This document shows, piece by piece, positions 63,900-64,000 of a stretch of 64,000 nt of DNA. The stretch covers positions 158 to 64,157 of IMG/VR virus record IMGVR_UViG_3300046787_000138. The stretch is one strand, 5' to 3'. The notes beneath the pieces were generated by a model. The model did no database searches. It was given only the letters and a program-made list of their open reading frames with translations, and had not been told where the DNA came from. This DNA comes from a virus (Duplodnaviria; Caudoviricetes). Made by a program: the position numbers and the translations under genes. The stretch's first letter is position 1, and every line of letters begins with the position of its first letter.

Positions 63900-64000
63900 T
63901 TACTTACCTTCGTTAATCAAGGACAAGTCCACGCCCATTGCAGACAGCGCCGCCTTGATACCCTTGAACGCGCCTTCCTGTTTGTTGCTCAGCGTGTCAG
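63900..64000 (-). CDS. C-terminal fragment, probably of the gene starting at 385
   Basis: ...DTLSNKQEGAFKGIKAALSAMGVDLSLINEGK-stop followed by palindrome and terminator. Confidence 0.6.
   Translation of the reverse strand, partial: DTLSNKQEGAFKGIKAALSAMGVDLSLINEGK

Overview
The window looks like an essentially complete ~64-kb dsDNA phage genome with podovirus-like organisation: P22-type portal, adaptor/nozzle tail proteins, large internal ejection proteins and no tape measure. It has two arms. The + strand arm (763-37560) carries tRNA-Asn, terminase, portal, GroES-like co-chaperonin, scaffold, capsid, a cluster of small basic proteins, tail fibres, a lysis cassette with a GH19 endolysin, and ejection proteins. 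The - strand arm (37620-64000, continuing at 1-385) carries a primase-helicase, an SSB-like protein, SNF2 helicase, PD-(D/E)xK nuclease, family A DNA polymerase, VRR-NUC, a MoxR AAA/metallopeptidase-vWA/DUF3150-like trio and many small early ORFs. I saw no integrase, RNA polymerase, reverse transcriptase or CRISPR array. The strongest unexplained signal is a 13-14 bp palindrome, CTAACA(W/TT)TGTTAG, found by eye 22 times. 21 copies lie in the ~15.6-kb early arm, roughly every kb, in promoters, at stop/start junctions and inside coding sequence; a monocistronic ribbon-helix-helix gene is the best candidate reader. Other candidates are an overprinted gene inside the 2001-aa ejection protein, a shared hydrophobic-[AK]-x-G-G motif in putative internal virion proteins, a structured RNA after the capsid gene, a large inverted repeat in the non-coding right end, and two families of paralogous small genes. 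All family assignments come from motif recognition by eye; no database search was run.
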